DNA of 64,000 bases, from assembly GCA_951406725.2 (NCBI GenBank), contig OX597838.1, forward strand, positions 23,746,001 through 23,810,000, given 5' to 3'. Made by a program: the position numbers and the translations under genes. Below are positions 1 to 13,472 of the stretch, piece after piece. The number at the start of each line of letters is the position of its first letter. Position 1 is the first letter of the stretch. This stretch comes from Octopus vulgaris. Taxonomy: Eukaryota. A model generated the notes under the pieces. It had not been told where the DNA came from. It ran no database searches and was given only the letters and a program-made list of their open reading frames with translations.

Positions 1-1022
1 TGTATTTAATCTCTTTGGAATTATATAGACCCCGAGACTGAAATTCACACAGGGTTCTACATACGTTGGCGTTACTACATAAGTGTTTCTCTTCACCGAG
101 TTTATTTCTTAAAAACTTTCTGAAAATGGATATTTTTTTAAAAATGGAATCCAAGTCGGTGTGTGGGTGGAGCCCACTTATGTAGTTATGCCTCTACGTT
201 TTTGATTAGCCTTTAGTTAACGGGGCTCCGATTTCTTGTCGGGAATGGGGGGTTCGAACGTGTACCGTATTGGTTTTCGTAATAGAAATTTTGGAATAGC
301 TATCCGTCGAGGTCCCATATCGCAAAGGATGGGGAAAAACAAAAGGCTATGGAATTGAGCCGGAGAGGGCACAGTAATCCGTTGTTTGAAACGAATACTA
401 AAACATAAAGGGGTCTCCCTCCCTTCCGCATTCTAATATCGGATTTCAAATGATTTCTTACATCACATGGGACTCCGAGGGAATTCCCATGAGATATGGA
501 GCCTCAAGGGTATCGCTATTCCAAAACTCCACCTTGGTTTATGTTGTTCTTCCCAGTCACCAAGTGGTCATACCTCCACAAGTGTATCCTCCCCCCCCCA
601 ACTTTGTTTCCTCATAACTTTGAGAAAAATTGGGAATATGTATATGAAGAATTTTTTTTCGGTGTAACAAAAAGCCTAATCCCTAAACACCGGGTGTGCG
701 TATTCTTTACCTTCGCCGTATAGATTACAATTATATTGGAATTTAATTTGGGTAAAAAAAAAATGGTGGGTGAACATGTAGTTATACATAGCATATATCT
801 ACAAAATGAAAGGGAAAATCTTGGAAAAAATGTGATGGTTACAGTAACCAGCATTTTCTTTTTCTTATTTTTACTTATTTGGTTCACCCGAAGAGTATTT
901 GAAAATTTTATTGAAACTATCCATTTCTCTGAAAGTTATGAGGAAATAAAGTCGGCGGGGCATTTGTGGTGTTACGAACTGGGGGTTCTTTTTAAAAGCC
1001 GGTTTATAATCAATTAAATATA

Positions 1023-1422
1023 TCTTTATATATAAAAGTGAAGTTGTGTGTCTGTCTCCTACGATTTAGATTCCTAACTACTCCCACATTTTGCGGTGCA
1101 GTTTAACCAAAACCGGGTATCTTATAGTCGTGATTCATATCGAGCCCTTCTGGGTATTAGTGCACGTCTACGATGAGTCTACGATTTAAAAAAAAATTTA
1201 CCATAAATTTTTTTCCATTTTAATGCATTTTTTCGATATTATATAAGGGAAGTAACTCTCTAAAAATGTCTACGATGAGTCAACGATTTAAAAAAAAATT
1301 TACCATAATTTTTTTCCCCATTTTTAATGCATTTTTTTGCTATTATTTGGCTATAACTCTCTAAAAATGCTCATATAGTTATTTCCCTTACAAATCCAAG
1401 CAACGCCGGGCGATACTGCTAG
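1023..1422 (+). mobile_element. Non-autonomous Helitron
   Basis: Starts A|TC(TTTATATATAAAAG), ends CTAG|T, has a GC-rich imperfect hairpin (ccaagcaacgccggg) about 10 nt before the end, no TSD, and an internal tandem duplication of about 100 bp. Confidence 0.8.
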
Positions 1423-2120
1423 TACTTTATATATTATTGAGAAGTACTTCAGAAATTTGACCGACTGCCATCGTTTTCTCAGTTTTCGATATTTCTAGAA
1501 AGCTTTACTGAATTTGCCATGTCTGTCCCACCTGTAACATGCTTAAAACCATTAATCTCCTTTCGTAATATTTCTTCATCATTATTATTATTAGTATTAA
1601 TAATTTCCTTTCCTTAACGTAAATCTGTTATTCACTCTAACATCAAACCCCGAATTATATATAACAAACCCCATCTTCTCTAAAATAATATATATGGGTC
1701 AAGCGAAATGAAATGTTTATTTCTGATTTCTATGGCAACAAAATGGATAAATAAATATCTATTCTTTTACTTGTTTCAGTCATTTGACTGCCTCCATGTT
1801 GGAGCACTGCCTTGAAGGGTTTTTAGTTGAACAAATCAAGCCCCCAGAACTTATTTCTTAAGCCTACTACTTTATTCTATCGATCGCTTTTACCGAGCCG
1901 CTAGCACACCAATGCCGGTTGTTAAGCGGTGATGGAGAGACAAAGATATACTCATACACACACACACGACGGGCGTATGTTTTTTTTTTTAAATTATAAC
2001 CATGCCGTCGCAGATTTTTTTTATGCTTTCCTCAATTTTTCATTATGAAATTATGTGTGTGTATAAGTTATATATATATATGCATACATAGGAGATAGGG
2101 GTACGTTACGCCGCAATAAT

Positions 2121-2297
2121 ATATGTATAGAAATTAAATATAAATTATAAATTACAAAGTGGGACTAGAACGCAAAAACCCCGACTGAAGATTAGAGGCT
2201 TCGAGTGACCCGTCTGTTTTTTTGTGTCGTCTCTGTGTGTTTTTGCGTTCTTGTCCCACTTTGTAATTTATAATTTATATTTAATTTCTATACATAT
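2121..2297. repeat. Inverted repeat, about 58-bp arms with 1 mismatch (probable Penelope-like terminal fold-back)
   Basis: 2121-2179 is the reverse complement of 2239-2297. The spacer contains CTGAAGA but no intact GAAA. Confidence 0.85.
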
Positions 2298-2602
2298 ATA
2301 TGTATATATATGCATGTATGTATGTATGTATATAAAAGTTTAAAAATAAAAGGATGTATATATATATATATAATACATGGGCGCGCTAGTATATATGTGT
2401 ATGAATATGTCTCTCTTTCATTTAGTTTCAGCTCACGAGCTGTGGCCATGCTGGGGCACCGCCATTAAAATGTTTCGTGGTAGCCTCCGGATGCCTAAAC
2501 CCATCTGTGTAAATAGTATATTTGCATGTATACGTATATTTATGTATGCATGTATGTGTGTATGAATATATGTATATATATATTTGTGTGTATGTATGTA
2601 TG

Positions 2603-2658
<56 letters not shown>

Positions 2659-2780
2659 CTTTATTTAAAGCAGCAGAAAATTCAACAAAACCTGTTACTC
2701 TAGCAAAAACTGTCCGATGAACGGCAACGGGAAACTCAGAGTAACAGGTTTTGTTGAATTTTCTGCTGCTTTAAATAAAG
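2659..2780. repeat. Perfect 43-bp inverted repeat enclosing a hammerhead-like core
   Basis: 2659-2701 is the exact reverse complement of 2738-2780. Confidence 0.92.
2710..2747 (+). ncRNA. Minimal type-I hammerhead ribozyme motif (U4C core variant)
   Basis: ctgt-CCGATGA-a-cg(GCAA)cg-g-GAAA-ctc a gag-TA-acag: 4-bp stem I, 2-bp stem II with GNRA loop, near-palindromic stem III. Confidence 0.5.
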
Positions 2781-2849
2781 CATATTACTCTACCACTGGT
2801 ATTTGAGTACTCTTTTTTCCACCTTGTTTCACATCTATGTGTTTACTCC

Positions 2850-2850
2850 T

Positions 2851-2896
<46 letters not shown>

Positions 2897-3187
2897 GTAT
2901 GTGTATATATATGTGTGTGTGTATGTATGTGTATATATATGTGTGTGTGTATGTATGTGTATATATATGTGTGTGTGTATGTATGTATATATATATGTGT
3001 GTGTGTATGTATGTGTATATATATATGTGTGTGTGTATGTATGTGTATATATATATGTGTGTGTGTATGTATGTGTATATATGTGTGTGTATGTATGTGT
3101 ATATATATATATGTGTGTGTGTGTATGCATATGTGTATATGTGTGTGTGTATGTATGTGTGTATATATATGTGTGTGTATGTATGTG

Positions 3188-3228
<41 letters not shown>

Positions 3229-3266
3229 GTGTGTGTGTGTATGTATGTGTATATATATATATATAT
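2850..3266. repeat. Compound (CA)/(TA)/(TG) microsatellite
   Basis: Direct inspection. Confidence 0.97.
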
Positions 3267-4424
3267 GGATATGTTTGTCTCTTGTAAAGAAGTGCTGATT
3301 TTAACAGATGAATCTTATCTTCGTTTTGTTGTCAACCTGTTGAACTTTGTTGCCATAGAACTAAAACAATATATATATAAAAGAAAAGAAGCAAATGTAA
3401 AACAAATAAACTTAAATCGTTCCCGCAAATTAATTTTTTTTTTTATAAAAAAAAAACACACACAAATTCTACAACCGGGGGCAGAGGAGCAGACACCAGG
3501 TAACCACCTTCACTTTGTGTCCAAAATATTTCTAAAATTGCCATCAGCTTTTATATTTTTTGACAGACAAAACATCCTAATTTGCTGCCAATTTCTTCTA
3601 CTTATTTTTTTTCTATGATTTTATTGACATCCATTTCTGTATCTGAGCCGTTGTTCAATTTAAGGCTCAGCTCTGAGCTTTAACAAACATTAAACCCTTG
3701 GGACAGTTGGGGGTTTTAATGTAATTTTATCATTACTATTTTGTTGATTTGTCCCAGTTTTTATCACGTCTACGCATATAAAAAACAAATTATCTAGTCG
3801 CTTAATTATATTGTTTATCATAAATGGGACTTTTTTCTATTTAATAAAACTTCTAGAAGATTACTGAAGGCTTCTTGTATTAATTTTTGCCTTTTTCTTT
3901 CTGTTACAAATCTTTTCTGTTCAATGGCATGTTTAATCCCAGTCCAGCCGTGACTAAGAAGACCCTATGATCATCAAAAGGCATGAGAGGGACGAGTTAG
4001 GTTGTCCTGTTAAGGCCTGACCAAATTACTTCGACCTGTCCTTATTTAAGGCAACTTAAGGGAAACTTGGCTGCTATTTCTAACCGCTTGAGCAACCAAC
4101 CGCGCAATGGTTCCTTCGTTGGTTCTTCTGGGATGTTTCAATGACACACGAAGAATTGGGAATGCTGCCGTTTTTCTTAAATAATTTTTCTAGAGGCCAA
4201 AAATGAAATTACAAATGCAAAACCGTAATATGAATATATTTGTTTGTACAGTTACGTCTTCCATCGTCGCTTATATTTATTTCGTTACCATTTGATTTGA
4301 AAACATTCTTGAGGAAACCTTGACAAATGGTACCAAAGGCCTAGCGGTTTCTGGAAAGTTTAAAACACAGTGATATTTCCATTTTCTTATTTTAAGCTGG
4401 TAATGTCATTCCACATGCAAACAA

Positions 4425-4480
4425 CTATATGTATGTATATTATATATATGTATATTATATATATGTATATTATGTGTATA

Positions 4481-4523
<43 letters not shown>

Positions 4524-4980
4524 TATATGTATATTATGTGTATATATATATTATATATATTATATGTATATATATGTATGTATATTATGTGTATATATAT
4601 GTATGTATATTATGTGTATATATATGTATGTATATTATGTGTATATATATGTATGTATATTATGTGTATATATATATGTATGTATATTATGTGCATATAT
4701 ATATATGTATGTATATTATGTGCATATATATATGTATGTATATTATGTGCATATATATATGTATGTATATTATGTGCATATATATATGTATGTATATTAT
4801 GTGTATATATATATGTATGTATATTATGTGTATATATGTATGTATGTATATTATGTGTATATTATGTGTATATATAAATATATATGTACGTATATTGTAT
4901 ATATATATATGTACGTATATTATGTGTGTATATATATGTATGTATATTATGTGCATATATATATATATATGTATGTATAT

Positions 4981-5025
<45 letters not shown>
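4425..5025. repeat. (TA)-rich microsatellite with about 26-30 bp higher-order unit
   Basis: Recurring gtatgtatattatgtg(c/t)atatatatat. Confidence 0.95.
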
Positions 5026-5027
<2 letters not shown>

Positions 5028-5436
5028 GCACCTAGTTATTATTTTTCTAATTGAAAACCTAAAAAGGAAGAAAATAAAATTGTCACTTTTGACTTTCTCA
5101 CAATGCTAAAATAATGTCAATAGACATTCGTTTTATTTATAAAGAAGTGAAAGAATATTGCTTCGGGTTTATTCTGCAGTTAAAGCCATGTTTTATGCCT
5201 AGGAATTATGCCATTGTCTTATCTGGTTTTTTGGTTTTGTTCATTCTTCCACTTCCACCTGTCTGAAATTTCCAGATATTGGGTGCTTCTCACACCTGAT
5301 ATATTTGTTGGCAGCAAAAGAGAAGAATCATTGAGAAAGGAGAGAAAGAAAATGAGAGACATGACACCTCTCTCTCTCTCTCCTATATCGGGTGTATATA
5401 AATGTTTGCTTGTGCGTATACGCACGCACACATTGT

Positions 5437-7497
5437 GTATACATGTGTGTATAAATAAATAAATGGTACTTATATATATATATTTGTGTCTATATATGAA
5501 TGTGTGCACGTGTGCTTCTTTGTATGTTTACATAATTCTACACGCTTCTACATGTGTGTATAAATAAATATATATATATATTTGTGTCTATATATGAATG
5601 TGTGCACGTGTGCTTCTTTGTATGTTTACATAATTCTACACGCTTCTACATGTGTGTATAAATAAATATATATATATATTTGTGTCTATATATGAATGTG
5701 TGCACGTGTGCTTCATTGTATGTTTACATAATTCTACACGCTTCTACATGTGTGTATAAATAAATATATATATATATTTGTGTCTATATATGAATGTGTG
5801 CACATGTGCTTCATTGTATGTTTACATAATTCTACACGCTTCTACATGTGTGTATAAATAAATATATATATATATATTTGTGTCTATATATGAATGTGTG
5901 CACATGTGCTTCTTTGTATGTTTACATAATTCTACACACTTCTACATGTGTGTATAAATAAATTTATATATATATGTGTCTATATATGAATGTGTGCACA
6001 TGTGCTTCTTTGTATGTTTACATAATTCTACACGCTTCTACATGTGTGTATAAATATATATATATATTTGTGTCTATATATGAATGTGTGCACATGTGCT
6101 TCATTGTATGTTTACATAATTCTACACGCTTCTACATGTGTGTATAAATAAATATATATATATATTTGTGTCTATATATGAATGTGTGTACATAATTCTA
6201 CACGCTTCTACATGTGTGTATAAATAAATATATATATATATTTGTGTCTATATATGAATGTGTGCACATGTGCTTCATTGTATGTTTACATAATTCTACA
6301 CGCTTCTACATGTGTGTATAAATAAATATATATATATATTTGTGTCTATATATGAATGTGTGCACGTGTGCTTCATTGTATGTTTACATAATTCTACACG
6401 CTTCTACATGTGTGTATAAATAAATATATATATATATTTGTGTCTATATATGAATGTGTGCACATGTGCTTCTTTGTATGTTTACATAATTCTACACGCT
6501 TCTACATGTGTGTATAAATAAATATATATATATATATTTGTGTCTATATATGAATGTGTGCACATGTGCTTCATTGTATGTTTACATAATTCTACACGCT
6601 TCTACATGTGTGTATAAATAAATATATATATATATATTTGTGTCTATATATGAATGTGTGCACATGTGCTTCTTTGTATGTGTACATAATTCTACACGCT
6701 TCTACATGTGTGTATAAATAAATATATATATATATTTGTGTCTATATATGAATGTGTGCACATGTGCTTCATTGTATGTGTACATAATTCTACACGCTTC
6801 TACATGTGTGTATAAATAAATATATATATATATTTGTGTCTATATATGAATGTGTGCACATGTGCTTCTTTGTATGTGTACATAATTCTACACGCTTCTA
6901 CATGTGTGTATAAATAAATATATATATATATATTTGTGTCTATATATGAATGTGTGCACGTGTGCTTCTTTGTATGTGTACATAATTCTACACGCTTCTA
7001 CATGTGTGTATAAATAAATATATATATATATATTTGTGTCTATATATGAATGTGTGCACATGTGCTTCTTTGTATGTTTACATAATTCTACACGCTTCTA
7101 TATGTGTGTATAAATAAATATATATATATATATTTTTGTGTCTATATATGAATGTGTGCACATGTGCTTCTTTGTATGTGTACATAATTCTACATGCTTC
7201 TACATGTGTGTATAAATAAATATATATATATATTTGTGTGTATATATGAATGTGTGCACATGTGCTTCTTTGTATGTGTACATAATTCTACACGCTTCTA
7301 CATGTGTGTATAAATAAAAATATATATATATATATTTGTGTCTATATATGAATGTGTGCACATGTGCTTCTTTGTATGTTTACATAATTCTACACGCTTC
7401 TACATGTGTGTATAAATAAATATATATATATATTTGTGTGTATATATGAATGTGTGCACATGTGCTTCTTTGTATGTGTATATAATTCTACACGCTT
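5437..7497. repeat. Minisatellite, about 21 copies of a 96-102 bp unit
   Basis: Unit cataattctacacgcttctacatgtgtgtataaataaa(ta)n tttgtgtctatatatgaatgtgtgcac(a/g)tgtgcttc(t/a)ttgtatgt(t/g)ta, with one shortened unit near 6115-6190. Confidence 0.97.
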
Positions 7498-8049
7498 TCT
7501 CCTTCTATGCTTCTCTTCATCTCAACTATTATATAGTAATTTGCTGTTTTATCTCCTCCATAACTCTATCTGATCATTATTTAATTAATTGGACATATTA
7601 ATTCTATACAAATATTTATTTAAGACCAGTGTGTTGAACACTTCTCAAATTCTTATCTTTGTTTTTATTAGTCTCTTATCTTCATACAAGAAATTATTTT
7701 CATCATTAAAAGTAAAAAAAAAAAGTCATTTATATTTGTGTTTTTAGTAGCCATTACATACATCTTCATTAAAACATTTTTTTAAAAAACTAATAATATT
7801 TATTTCTCTTTGAAAATCATTTGCTTTTAATTTGCTAAAATAATCCCGTTTCCCTTATTAGTAAAAAAAAAAAAAGTGAAAAGACCCCCCCCCAAAAAAA
7901 AAATTATGAGCAAAAGGAAAATGAAATCTGCAAAATAATTTTTCAAGTGTTTCTTTGGAAGAAAAATGTTTATTCCAAATCCTTTTAATTATTGTGTGTG
8001 CGTGCATGCAATATAAACATATTCGTGTGTATATATATAATCATTTATA

Positions 8050-8123
8050 TATAAATATATATGTGTGTGTGTGTATATATATATGTGTGTGTGTGTGTGT
8101 ATATATATATATGTGTGTGTGTG

Positions 8124-8187
<64 letters not shown>

Positions 8188-8613
8188 TGTGTGTGTGTGT
8201 GTATATATATGTGTGTGTGTATATATATATGTGTGTGTATATATATGTGTGTGTGTGTGTGTATATATATGTGTGTGTGTGTGTATATATATATGTGTGT
8301 GTGTGTGTGTATATATATGTGTGTGTGTGTGTGTATATATGTGTGTGTGTGTGTGTATATATATGTGTGTGTGTGTGTATATATATATATGTGTGTGTGT
8401 GTGTATATATATGTGTGTGTGTGTGTGTATATATATGTGTGTGTGTATATATATATATATGTGTGTGTGTATATATATGTGTGTGTGTGTATATATATGT
8501 GTGTGTGTGTATATATATGTGTGTGTGTATATATATATATGTGTGTGTATATATATATCTGTGTATATATATATCTGTGTATATATATATGTGTGTGTAT
8601 ATATATATCTGTG

Positions 8614-8646
<33 letters not shown>

Positions 8647-8725
8647 ATATATATATATCTGTGTATATATATGTGTGTGTGTGTATATATATATCTGTGT
8701 ATATATGTATGTATGTATGTATATA
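8050..8725. repeat. Compound (TG)n(TA)n microsatellite
   Basis: Direct inspection. Confidence 0.97.
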
Positions 8726-9675
8726 ATCATTTAATTATTTCTAAGTAAACAGCAAAAAGGTAACAAAATCAGTAAATAGTTTTAAAATAACTTTAGAAAA
8801 ACATTTAAGCACTTTGTTTTAAAACTCTTCAATTATTCGCCTTGTGATTTTAAAATTAATAATCATTTAATTTACAAGTAGACCGTAAAAATTAAGAAAA
8901 ATAAAGAAATCAGTATATAATTTGTAAATTATCTTTCGAAAAGAAAAAAACAAAATGAATAAATTATTCATTTTGAAGACATATATATATATATCCCTTT
9001 GTATATATATTTTAAAATCATTTAATGATTTAAGTAAACAAGCAGTAAAATCTGTATATGTTTCTTGAAAAATAATTCTAAAGCTCTTCAATTGCACGGT
9101 TTGTAGTTTTTTAATAAATCACTTATTTTGAAGTAAACACTACTATAGAAAAATCTGTAAATATTTTGAAAAATCATTTTATAAAAACGGCTTTAAAACC
9201 CTTCAAATTATTTGGTCAGTGTTGCTTTTGACAAGCCATTTAATTATTTTTTTAAAGTAAACAGTAATATTGGAAAAATATCTGTTTTAAAACCCTTCTA
9301 TTATTTTGTCTGTATGTTTCTTTTCCGATTATTTATTTTTTTAAGCAAACAGTTAAGTAGAAAAAAATGTGAATCTTTTCTGTTGCTGTCACAGTTTTTG
9401 AAATTTTAAAATTAAGTGGAAATCTTCCAGTTTGGTATATAGATGTAATTTTTCATGCTGAATCTGATTTTGTTATTCATTTGTTCCACAAATATGTTAC
9501 ACAGTCTGTGTAGTAAGTAGCTTGCTTACGAACCACATGGTTCTGGGTTCAGTCCCACTGCGTGGCACCTTGGGCAAGTGTTTTCTACTATAGCCTCAGG
9601 CCGACCAAAGCCTTGTGAGTGGATTTGGTAGACGGAAACTGAAAGAAGCCCGTCGTGTATATGTATGTATGTATG

Positions 9676-9713
<38 letters not shown>

Positions 9714-11679
9714 CTGATGAAGCCTTCTGGCTTCACAGACCCCAGTAGAACCGTCCAACCCATGCTAGCATGGAAAACGGACGCTAAACGATGATAATGA
9801 TGATATGTATGTGTGTGTCTGTGTTTGTCCCCCCCAACATCGCTTGACAACCGATGCTGGTGTGTTAACTTCCCCGTAACTTAGCTGTTTGGCAAAAGAG
9901 ACCGGTTGCATAAGTACTAGGCTTACAAAGAATAAGTCTTGGGGTCGATTTGCTCGACTAAAAGCTGTGCTCCAGCATGGCCACAGTCACATGACTGAAA
10001 GAAGTAAAAGAGTAAAGAGAAAGAGTAAAAGAGGTTTAAATACGATCATTTTAACCCAATCAAAAAAAAAAAAAAAAGAATTTGGAAGCTGGTATTTTGT
10101 GCATGGTGGCTGTAAGAAGTATTAATGAATTCTAATAAATAAAGTCATGTGAAATGTTTGAACAGGCATGTCAACAAAAGGAAAAATCTGAATGATTAAA
10201 AATTTTTTTTTTCATTTTCCAAAAAATTACAAACTATATAGTTCAGTTCATGTAAGCAATTAAAAACATATTTTGTAGCAAAAATTTAAAAAAACGGAAG
10301 TTTGAGATATACTCAAGGAGTTACTTCTCAAACAAATCTGGAGTGTCGTAATTCTGACAAGGCATCGCGTAAAGAAAAATATGTCTGGTCTTGCAACACT
10401 TCTCTGAAAACCCACTGCTCAGCTATCCTCATTTGTATTGATGCCTTGTAAAGACTGTTCCATCTATCTCAGCAATCTTCTCAGGACTGCCTATCTGAAA
10501 CCGGGTTGCAGAGGAGGTCCCTTGCACATATTTCATGAACATAGCTATTGTAATCAACAGCTGTGCAGTGGCTTGTCCCCAGTTCTTCAACACAGAACCA
10601 GACTGAAGTCAATTCTTTGACCCATGAGTAAAGGGGAAAAAAAGTAGCATAGCCCTAAGAGTAAGGGTGCCACCTTCCAACCATGTATCTTTTCTGACAG
10701 ACCACACTCGTTGCATCCTTTTCGGGGGCACCACCAGTAATTTTCTTGTGAAGCATCTTCTTGTTCATGTACATAATTTTCTTTTAGGGACAACATCCTT
10801 CTCTCACAAGTAAGAAACCGCATCCTCCTTGGTTTTCAATTTCTCCATCATATTCAAAAGGATAATTGAGTTGGCTGTGTTCATATTTCTATTTTGGTTG
10901 AAAACACTGTTCAAAATTATGAAAATGGGATAGTGAGAGGACAGCAACTGAAAATATTTGTTTCTCAAAAACAAAAAAAAAAGAAAAGAAACAGGTGGAA
11001 ATGACAAAAATGAATTAGTACAAATATTCAGAAAATAGGCACACATCAAAGAAAATAGACAAGTAAAGACAATACACATGGTTGTTGTTTTAAGCAGGCT
11101 ATACTTCGTTTCGTTACTATGGAAACAGACACCAATATGTCTGCGGTTTTTGATTGGGTAAAAATTACCCAAAATTTGCAAACTTTAAAAGCTATTAACT
11201 TTTTATTTATTAGTTTATTGCCAAAATGAATTTCATTTCCATAATTAGCATACAAAACTACATTGGTATGCCAAATTTGAAAACAATTGGAATTAAATTA
11301 ACAGAAAAGATCAAAAAATGTGTAAATAATTTTAAAATCTCTTTTTGAAAAAAAAATCAATAAACATATATATTTCAAATCCTTGAATCATTCAGTTTGT
11401 ATTTTTTAAATCAATTTTTTAAGTAAGCAGTAAAATAGAAAAAATTATTTTAAGACCACTTTAAAAAAAATATTTTGAGACATTTCAATCATTACTTTTA
11501 TATTTTTTTTTTAATGAAGTAATTTGTTTTTGAAGTAAATAGTGAAACAAAAAAAGGAATATTTATTTTAAAAGCCCTTTGATCATTTGGTTTGTATTCC
11601 CTTTTTTTTTTTTGAAAAATGTTTCTATTCTTTTTTAATTCATTTTTCTATTTCTTTCTGTTTTTTTTTTTCCTTCAAG

Positions 11680-11845
11680 ACTCTCCGATCAGCCACAAAA
11701 AACATAAAAAACACAAAAAGAAACACAAAAGGCGCAAAGAAGATTTGCTTTCTGAGCCCCATTTGCCTGCTGCTGCTGTGTCGGACAGCAAGCCATCGAT
11801 CAAACTGAGGATTCGTCTTGGAGGGGAAACTTTATCTTCCAAAAA
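11680..11845 (+). CDS. INO80B: INO80 complex subunit B, first identifiable coding exon (phase 1 in, phase 2 out)
   Basis: Polypyrimidine tract ending ttcaag| and donor |gttagt. Encodes SPISHKKHKKHKKKHKRRKE...KPSIKLRIRLGGETLSSK, matching the His/Lys-rich tract and KLKIKLGG-type motif of INO80B. Confidence 0.93.
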
Positions 11846-13472
11846 GTTAGTTTCATTTTCATTTCCCCCTTTTTACACAGTCTTTTCTTTACCTTATATC
11901 TGTTCATCAGCTTCTATCCAACCCCTTTTTTTTACTCTCTACCCACCTTTTTTAACCTACCACCCATTTTTTTTTTTACCTTTTATCCAATTTTTTTTTA
12001 AACTTCTGCCCAGCTTTTGGCAATCCTTCAGCATTCGTAGACGATTTCATTCATCCTCGCCTCTTTATATATGTCACAATGAAACGTTATGTGGGTGAAT
12101 GACATCTACTGATACTAAAGGATTGCCCAGCTTTTTTTTTATATCTTCTACCCAGTTTTTGTCTTACCTTCTATTTGTAGCATTCAAATTATTCTGTCCA
12201 ATGTAACGCTTATTTATTCACATAGTTTTGAATTAACCATGCATTATCTCATAGTCTCAAAGTTTCAATGAATATGATTGCTTATTTTTAGAACGACATT
12301 GTAGGGTATGTCTGAGAGACCAAATCTGACAGGCTTGAACATAAAACAGGTACAATGTTTTGGCCAGATATGACCTGTTTAAATGCAAAAGAGTTAAAAA
12401 TGCCTCTCCTTTCCTTTCACTTTCCTTACATCTACACAAAAATCTTAAATTCCCTATTTTCATTTTTACATGAAATATAAAAAAAAAATACTACCTTGAA
12501 AGACGTCATCTATATTATTTAGCTCTCTCTCCAACCCCCCCATCATTTAGTGGGAATTGGTGGGAATTCTCCAGTTGCTTAGACTGGCTGAACTTTTTTC
12601 AACACCTGACTATCACCCTCTAATTTTACTTCTTTCTTCTATATAGTTTGCCGTTTCCACTCATTTGGGACCTAAATATTTTAATTCAAATTTTGTTAAA
12701 CGTAGAATTTAAGTAACTCTGATTTGGACTGTGTCTGTTGCATTGCTGTTGTTGTTTAGTTCTTTGGTCAGTACTGAACAAAGGCATTCATGTCATGAAC
12801 ATCCTTTTTATGTAGGTAGTGGTATGGGGTTGTAATTTACAAATACATTATTTGAAGCCACCTCTCCTCTCTCTCATCTCTCATTTTTAAAACAGTGGGA
12901 TAGGATTTGAAGGCAATTTAGCTGCTATTTCTAGGAAGTCATGTGACTATACAGTGTTCCTCGTTGAATGTAGGTTTTAAACAATTATTTTCATTTTTTT
13001 TTTACTTCACCTCCAAATATGCATTCTTATATATAGTTGTATGTATGTGTCTGTGTCTTTGTGTATGGCATATGAAAATAGTCTTTGTGTATGGCATATG
13101 TGCAGATGCTATAAGTACTGAAAATGTGTAGACATAAATAGGCTCCCTCAAATGCTCTGGAGGGATCATTAGAAGTAGTAAATAGCTTCCGTTACCTAAA
13201 CAACAAAGTTAGCAGTGGATGAGGAACTTCTGAAAATGTAGTTGCTAGAATAAGAATGAGCTGGGTAAAGTTCAGAAGGCTTCTACCTTTGTTGGTAACT
13301 AAGGGCCTCTCCCTTAGAGTGAAACACAGATTGTATGATGTCTGTGTACGTACGGCAGTGAAACATAGGTTATGAGTGCAGAGGACTTGCAAAGGCTTGA
13401 AAGAAATGAAGTTTGCATGCTCTGCAAGATGGGTAATGTCAGTGTGCACACATGGCAAAGTGCCTGTGGACA

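Noticed and set aside
1-1020. Short ORFs at the window start
   Set aside because: No recognisable protein. The region has a repeated ttcctcataacttt-type motif in both orientations (about 100, 601, 920-953), suggesting decayed DNA-transposon sequence or noisy assembly.
1425-1532. Minus-strand exon after ttacag acceptor
   Set aside because: Stops in all three frames and no convincing donor.
3643-3720. Two adjacent hairpins as an H/ACA snoRNA
   Set aside because: No ANANNA hinge or properly placed ACA, and the stems are short.
5437-7497. CRISPR-like periodic array
   Set aside because: Units are near-identical throughout with no unique spacers, there are no cas genes, and the context is eukaryotic.
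9713-9740. CTGATGA-agcc-ttct-ggct hammerhead-like start
   Set aside because: No GAAA follows the stem. It is a variant of the family C repeat.
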